Assembly (NCBI GenBank): GCA_017409025.1 | Contig: JAFQTN010000002.1 | Span: 43,967 to 107,966, forward strand | Length of the DNA: 64,000 nt | Direction of reading: 5' to 3' | Source: Bacilli bacterium | Lineage (GTDB): Bacteria; Bacillota_I; Bacilli_A; RF39; UBA660 | In this document: positions 59,088 through 64,000 of the stretch, one piece after another | How the letters are laid out: every line of letters starts with the position of its first letter | Numbering within the stretch: the first letter of the stretch is position 1 | Notes under the pieces: model-generated | Database searches by the model: none | Seen by the model: the letters and a program-made list of their open reading frames with translations, nothing else | Told to the model about the DNA's origin: nothing | Position numbers and translations under genes: made by a program

Positions 59088-60626
59088 TTATAGCATTACA
59101 CCTGTATTAAATCCAAGTGGAAGACCTATGATATAAAATCCTATTATTATAAGTAACCATAATATAGAAAATGCTATACTATATGGAGCCATCAACCCCA
59201 TCGCGTCCACTAAAGATATAGTATCTTTCTTCTTAGTATTATATATTTGTAAAAACCCTATTAAAATTACAAAATAAGTAAATAATGGTGTCATTCCTTT
59301 AACAGAACTATCTGCAGCTCTAAATACTGCTTGAGCAAATTCTGGTGTAAATGAACTTTGCATAAACATTGGAACCATTACCGGAGATAATATCGCCCAC
59401 TTCGTTGATGCCATTGGTACAAATATTGAAGATATTCCTATAATTACAAAACTAAATATAATTAGTACAAATCCTGTTAACTGAAGATTATCCATAAGTT
59501 CTGATAAAGAAGCAACTATAAATACTCCAATATTAGTTTCTTTAAATATCAAACAAAATTGTGCTGCAAAAAATATCATAACAAGTAATGATGAAAACCC
59601 TTTTAAATAATAATTCATTCCATCCATTAAATCTCTACTATTCTTAATTGTTCTTGTTCTCATTCCATAAATAAGCCCAGCAAACGCTAGTAATGCCGAA
59701 AATATAAATACAGCGCCCTGATTAAAATAAGAATTCTCTCCAAATAGTTGAGCTACATATGTTGTATCTTTTAAATATAAGAATAGTCCTGAAAAAGGAA
59801 GTCCAGGTACAATACAATAGATAATTATTAAACTTAAAATACCGGTAGATATTAGAGCAACTATTACACCCTTTTTCTCTTTTTTAGTAACTTCACTATC
59901 TAGATCTATTCCATCTTCTTCACTAATTGTGTATCTCCCTAATTTTGGAACAACATACTTCTCAGTAACTATCATTCCAACATAAGATATAAGTAAAGTT
60001 GCCACTATCATAAAAATTATATTTCCAGACAAACTCACTACATAACTCTGATCTAATATTTTCGTAGCATTCTGAGTATAAGCAATTAGTATATTATCAA
60101 GTCCATTTACAATAATATTAGCTCCATATCCAAATGTTATCCCTGCAAAAGCAGCACATATACCCGAAGATGGATGCCTTCCTAAATTCATAAATAATAT
60201 TGCCGCCATCGGTATTAATATTACATATCCTACTTCATAAAACATTGAAGATATTACTCCAAGAAATACTACTAAAAAAGTAAATAATTTCCTTGATCTA
60301 TCCTTAGTTACCATTTTAAAGAAAGTATTTAAAAAACCAGATTTATAAGCGACACCTACACCCATTAATCCTATTATTAAAGCGCCCAATGGAGCAAAAT
60401 TAATAAAATTTGGTAACATATTACTAACTAAATACTGTATACCAGTTCTATTAAATAAATTATTAATAGTAACAATTTGTGTTTCTAGTTCTCCACTAAC
60501 ACTATTAACATTATAATAAGTAGTCTCCAAATTAAGTATTCCACCAACACTACTAACAATCATTATAAGTATTGTAAGCATAAACAAAAGTAACGCCGGA
60601 TGAAATTTAAACTCTCTCTTTCTCAT
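59088..60626 (-). CDS. AbgT-family transporter (p-aminobenzoyl-glutamate or sulfonamide-efflux type)
   Basis: 512 aa with ~12 TM helices. N-terminal pattern FKFHPALLLFMLTILIMIVSS and the overall AbgT/YdaH topology. Confidence 0.7.
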   Translation of the reverse strand: MRKREFKFHPALLLFMLTILIMIVSSVGGILNLETTYYNVNSVSGELETQIVTINNLFNRTGIQYLVSNMLPNFINFAPLGALIIGLMGVGVAYKSGFLNTFFKMVTKDRSRKLFTFLVVFLGVISSMFYEVGYVILIPMAAILFMNLGRHPSSGICAAFAGITFGYGANIIVNGLDNILIAYTQNATKILDQSYVVSLSGNIIFMIVATLLISYVGMIVTEKYVVPKLGRYTISEEDGIDLDSEVTKKEKKGVIVALISTGILSLIIIYCIVPGLPFSGLFLYLKDTTYVAQLFGENSYFNQGAVFIFSALLAFAGLIYGMRTRTIKNSRDLMDGMNYYLKGFSSLLVMIFFAAQFCLIFKETNIGVFIVASLSELMDNLQLTGFVLIIFSFVIIGISSIFVPMASTKWAILSPVMVPMFMQSSFTPEFAQAVFRAADSSVKGMTPLFTYFVILIGFLQIYNTKKKDTISLVDAMGLMAPYSIAFSILWLLIIIGFYIIGLPLGFNTGVML

Positions 60627-60817
60627 TCACTAATCACCTTTTTAATCTTTTTATTAAATTCTACTCTAGGCATCATTACTACCCTACCGCAATTAACACA
60701 CTTAATCTTTATATCAGCACCTACTCTAACTACTTCAAATTCATTTGTTTTACAAGGATGCTCTTTTTTCATAGTAACTATACTTCCTAATTTATAATCC
60801 ATAAATCCTCCATACAT
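60623..60817 (-). CDS. DUF951-family small protein
   Basis: 64 aa. LGSIVTMKKEHPCKTNEFEVVRVGADIKIKCVNCGRVVMMPR carries CxxC and the conserved DUF951 pattern. The likely start is MDYKLGS. Confidence 0.55.
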   Translation of the reverse strand: MYGGFMDYKLGSIVTMKKEHPCKTNEFEVVRVGADIKIKCVNCGRVVMMPRVEFNKKIKKVISE

Positions 60818-60872
60818 TTTCTTAATTATATCAAAGAATTTTTAATATAGCAATTTAGAATTTAAAAAAGGA

Positions 60873-61382
60873 TTAGTCTTCAAGTAACCAATCTTCTCCT
60901 TTAAAAGGTTCTAATCTAGATAAATCTAAGTAATCTTGTTGTCTTAATACTTCATAAAGTACTACTGCTACACAATTAGATAAATTCAAACTTCTAACAT
61001 TATCACTTGATGGTATTCTAATACATCTATCTAAATTATCTCTAAGTATTTCTTTAGGTATCCCAGTACTCTCTTTACCAAATATTAAATATATATTTTT
61101 AGACTTATCAGTATAATCAAACTCACTATGAGCTTTCTTTCCATATCTAGTCATAAAATAATATTCACCAGGATTCTTTGAACAAAAATCTTCATAATCA
61201 TCATATAAAGTATAATCTACTTTATCTATATAATTAACACCACTTCTCTTAATACTATTTTCATCCATTCTAAAACCTAGTGGTCTAATTAAATGTAATC
61301 TAGCTTTAGTAGCAGCACAAGTTCTCATAATATTACCAGTATTTTCTGGTATCTCTGGTTCAAATAAAACTACATTTAACAT
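60873..61382 (-). CDS. trmL: tRNA (cytidine/uridine-2'-O)-methyltransferase TrmL (SpoU family)
   Basis: 169 aa. NVVLFEPEIPENTGNIMRTCAATKARLHLIRP matches TrmL motif 1, and the SPOUT knot region NLSNCVAVVLYE is present. Confidence 0.85.
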   Translation of the reverse strand: MLNVVLFEPEIPENTGNIMRTCAATKARLHLIRPLGFRMDENSIKRSGVNYIDKVDYTLYDDYEDFCSKNPGEYYFMTRYGKKAHSEFDYTDKSKNIYLIFGKESTGIPKEILRDNLDRCIRIPSSDNVRSLNLSNCVAVVLYEVLRQQDYLDLSRLEPFKGEDWLLED

Positions 61383-61912
61383 TAAATATCATCACTTTCT
61401 AATACTATATTATTTAAATATATTATAAATCTATCTATATCATAATTATTATCACTAACACTATAAATTGATTTTAAAATACCATCATTAAATACTAAAA
61501 GAGAAGGAACATCAGTAATATTTAAATTATTAAGTGAATATTTTGATGCCATATCCTTTTTAATATTTTTATCATTAAATTCATCAGTAATATTCATATA
61601 TAAAACATCTTGTTCTACTAAATTATTTTTATATTTATTCTTAAATTTCTTCTCAAATTCTCTAACTTCTTCGTTCTCAAGCACAGATACATACACAATT
61701 GTATTAGGATTTTCAACTATATAATCACTAAGTTCATTATAATTAATAACACTCATATATTTATCCATTATAGGAATATTTATTTTAGATTCCTTATACA
61801 CATCTACCCACATATAAAAATAATATAATATTAATATAGTAACCGCTATTACTACTCCTAAAATTATATAATTTTTCTTTGGTATTTTTCTAAGTCCATC
61901 CATTTTCATATT
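61382..61912 (-). CDS. Membrane-anchored thioredoxin-fold-like protein (hypothetical). The likely start is MKMDGLRK.
   Basis: One TM helix (IILGVVIAVTILILYYFYMW) followed by a ~130-aa domain ending ...ITDVPSLLVFNDGIL, which is reminiscent of thioredoxin-like folds. No CxxC is present. Confidence 0.35.
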   Translation of the reverse strand, partial: NMKMDGLRKIPKKNYIILGVVIAVTILILYYFYMWVDVYKESKINIPIMDKYMSVINYNELSDYIVENPNTIVYVSVLENEEVREFEKKFKNKYKNNLVEQDVLYMNITDEFNDKNIKKDMASKYSLNNLNITDVPSLLVFNDGILKSIYSVSDNNYDIDRFIIYLNNIVLESDDI

Positions 61913-62022
61913 ACCATTCCTCTCATAATCTAATTTTAACAATATATTTAAATTTTGTAAACACAAAACATATCTCTATTTTTTATTTTAATTTTATGCT
62001 ATACTACAATTGGAGGTATAAT

Positions 62023-62292
62023 ATGAGTATTAATCCTGATTTTAAAAATATGAGAGAAGATATAGTTATTGAAAATATAAATGATTTTCTTGACTATAAG
62101 AAGAAATCAGATGCAGAATTTGCTGCTGCTATAGGAAATATAGAATTTGCAATAGACGAATGTGTAAAAAGATTTGACTTTATCCAAGCATTCAAATTAT
62201 TAAAATTAAAAGCAAAATTTGAAAATTTAGCCATAAAAAAAGGAATCGAAAAAGATAAAGAAGAATTTAGAAGTCTAAGAGGCAAACATTAA
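62023..62292 (+). CDS. Small hypothetical protein
   Basis: 89 aa from MSINPDFKNM, with an RBS GGAGGT upstream. No recognisable motif. Confidence 0.4.
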   Translation: MSINPDFKNMREDIVIENINDFLDYKKKSDAEFAAAIGNIEFAIDECVKRFDFIQAFKLLKLKAKFENLAIKKGIEKDKEEFRSLRGKH

Positions 62293-62377
62293 CTATATCA
62301 ACATATCTGTTGATATTTTTTTATTACTATATATATTTAAAATAATGCTATTTTTTGATATAATAAATGTATGAATT

Positions 62378-63415
62378 TTGAAAGGAATATTATTAATTAT
62401 GAAAAACATTTTCAGTATCCCAAAAAAAGATTTAGAAGAATATTTTGTAGGTATTAATGATAAAAAATTTAGAGCAACTCAAATATATGAATTTTTATAT
62501 AAAAAAAGAATCTATAACGTAGATGATATGAGTAATATTGGTAAAAACATAAAAGAAAGGCTTATTAAAGATTTTGATTTTTCTTTCATAAAAATTAAAC
62601 TTAAACAAGAAGATACCGATGTTAAAAAGTATTTATTTGAACTATCTGATGGTAATCTTATAGAAACAGTTCTAATGTATCATGACTATGGCACTAGTAT
62701 CTGTGTATCATCTCAAGTAGGATGTAATATGGGATGTGCTTTTTGCCAAAGCGGAAGATTAAAAAAATTGAGAAATTTGGAACCATTTGAAATCGTACAG
62801 CAAATTTTATTAATTGAAGAAGACGCCAAAGTGAGAATATCTCATATCGTAGTAATGGGTATCGGAGAACCATTCGATAACTACGATAACGTTATGAATT
62901 TTATAAGAATTATAAATGATCCTAAAGGAATCGATATTGGAGCAAGACATATAACAGTATCTACTTGTGGAATAGTTCCTAAAATAAAAGAATTTGCTAG
63001 AGATTTTAATCAAGTAAACTTAGCAATTTCATTTCATGCACCAAATGATACTATTAGAAATAAAATAATGCCTATAAATAAAGCATATAAAATTAGTGAA
63101 CTAATGGATAGCATTAAAGAATATATAAATATTACCAATAGAAGAGTTACTTTTGAATATATCATGCTAGATAATATTAATGATTCTATAGAATGTGCTA
63201 AAGAACTATCTTCCCTATTAAAAGGACTTAACTGTTACGTTAATTTAATACCATATAACGAAACAAAAAACATTCAATTTAAACGTTCAAAAAAGATGCA
63301 AATTTTAGCATTTTATGATATACTTAAGAAGAATGGTATTAATGTAACAATAAGAAAAGAATTTGGTAGTAAAGTAGACGCTGCCTGCGGACAACTAAGA
63401 GCTAACCAAAGCTAA
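62378..63415 (+). CDS. rlmN: 23S rRNA/tRNA (adenine-C2)-methyltransferase RlmN (radical SAM)
   Basis: 345 aa. Radical-SAM cluster motif CNMGCAFCQSG, conserved GIGEP, and the C-terminal catalytic Cys (DAACGQL). Confidence 0.9.
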   Translation: MKGILLIMKNIFSIPKKDLEEYFVGINDKKFRATQIYEFLYKKRIYNVDDMSNIGKNIKERLIKDFDFSFIKIKLKQEDTDVKKYLFELSDGNLIETVLMYHDYGTSICVSSQVGCNMGCAFCQSGRLKKLRNLEPFEIVQQILLIEEDAKVRISHIVVMGIGEPFDNYDNVMNFIRIINDPKGIDIGARHITVSTCGIVPKIKEFARDFNQVNLAISFHAPNDTIRNKIMPINKAYKISELMDSIKEYINITNRRVTFEYIMLDNINDSIECAKELSSLLKGLNCYVNLIPYNETKNIQFKRSKKMQILAFYDILKKNGINVTIRKEFGSKVDAACGQLRANQS

Positions 63416-63424
63416 GGAGGTACA

Positions 63425-64000
63425 TATGCAAACATTTTATTTTACAGATCCAGGAAAAGTAAGAAGTCATAATGAAGACTCTGTAACTATTGTCAATAAT
63501 GACAAAAAAGAATTTGTTCTTGCAATTGCCGATGGTATGGGAGGCCATAAAGCTGGTGAAGTAGCATCTTCTATTGCTATTGAACATATAATAAATAGTT
63601 TTTATAAATTAGAAACTATGGGTTCTAAAGATGATGCTATTGAATGGTTAAGACAAATTGTTAAAGAAATAAATGACCAGATATTTGACTATGCTAAAAA
63701 AAATCCTGAAAGCAAAGGTCTAGGAACTACATTAGTTATTGCAATTAAAACGGAAGACTATATCCTATATGGTAATATTGGTGATAGTTCAGGATATGTT
63801 ATAAAAAATGAAATTCTACATAAAGTAACTAAAGATCACACATACGTAGGAATGTTAGTAAGTAACGGAAAACTATCTGAAGAAAATGCTAAAAATCATC
63901 CCGGAAAGAATTTACTAACTCGTGCCCTTGGCGCTAATAATCCAATTGAAATAGACATCTTTGATATAGATACTTCTGTAAAAGGATTATTCTTATGTAG
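63425..64000 (+). CDS. prpC: PP2C-family Ser/Thr protein phosphatase (PrpC/Stp1), truncated at the window end
   Basis: MQTFYFTDPGKVRSHNEDS...AIADGMGGHKAGEVAS...GTTLV... are PP2C motifs 1, 2 and 5. It follows rlmN as in the B. subtilis yloN-prpC-prkC arrangement. Confidence 0.8.

Overview
This 64 kb window is very AT-rich (estimated by eye at roughly 25-28% GC) and reads as chromosome from a spore-forming low-GC Firmicute of the Clostridia type. It is gene-dense, and every gene in the first ~23 kb lies on the minus strand. Recognisable core genes include sufC, a partial sufD, pyrH, ftsEX, prfB, ftsK, asnB, ctpA, trpS, yqeG, yqeH, nagZ, pepF, ychF, trmL, rlmN and a partial prpC. prfB carries its canonical programmed +1 frameshift. 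Sporulation and germination genes include an intact sigK, a gerAA-gerAC-gerAB operon, a SleB-like cortex hydrolase and a LysM-containing amidase. There are two tRNAs, tRNA-Asn(GTT) and tRNA-Trp(CCA), and no rRNA or CRISPR array. The segments I would look at first are: (i) a 573-aa protein between prfB and ftsK with two internally duplicated HEPN-type RNxxAHGN(F/Y) motifs, a Cas13-like twin-HEPN layout with no CRISPR array; (ii) a nearly identical ~58-nt promoter and leader copied upstream of two unrelated novel genes (559 aa and 342 aa) that flank an XRE repressor; (iii) a divergent sigma-70-like gene paired with a HerA-like ATPase between tRNA-Asn and the suf operon; (iv) an accessory block downstream of tRNA-Trp (28.6-33.4 kb) with five novel genes, a recurring ATATCAAGT motif ~25 nt upstream of three consecutive start codons, and a 300-bp tandem duplication whose second copy has TGG changed to TGA; (v) an AbiD/AbiF (Abi_2, HEPN) gene; (vi) a class II Fic protein followed by a 575-aa HExxH protein and a translationally coupled 50-aa acidic peptide. 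All calls rest on reading the translated sequence and motifs only, with no database searches.
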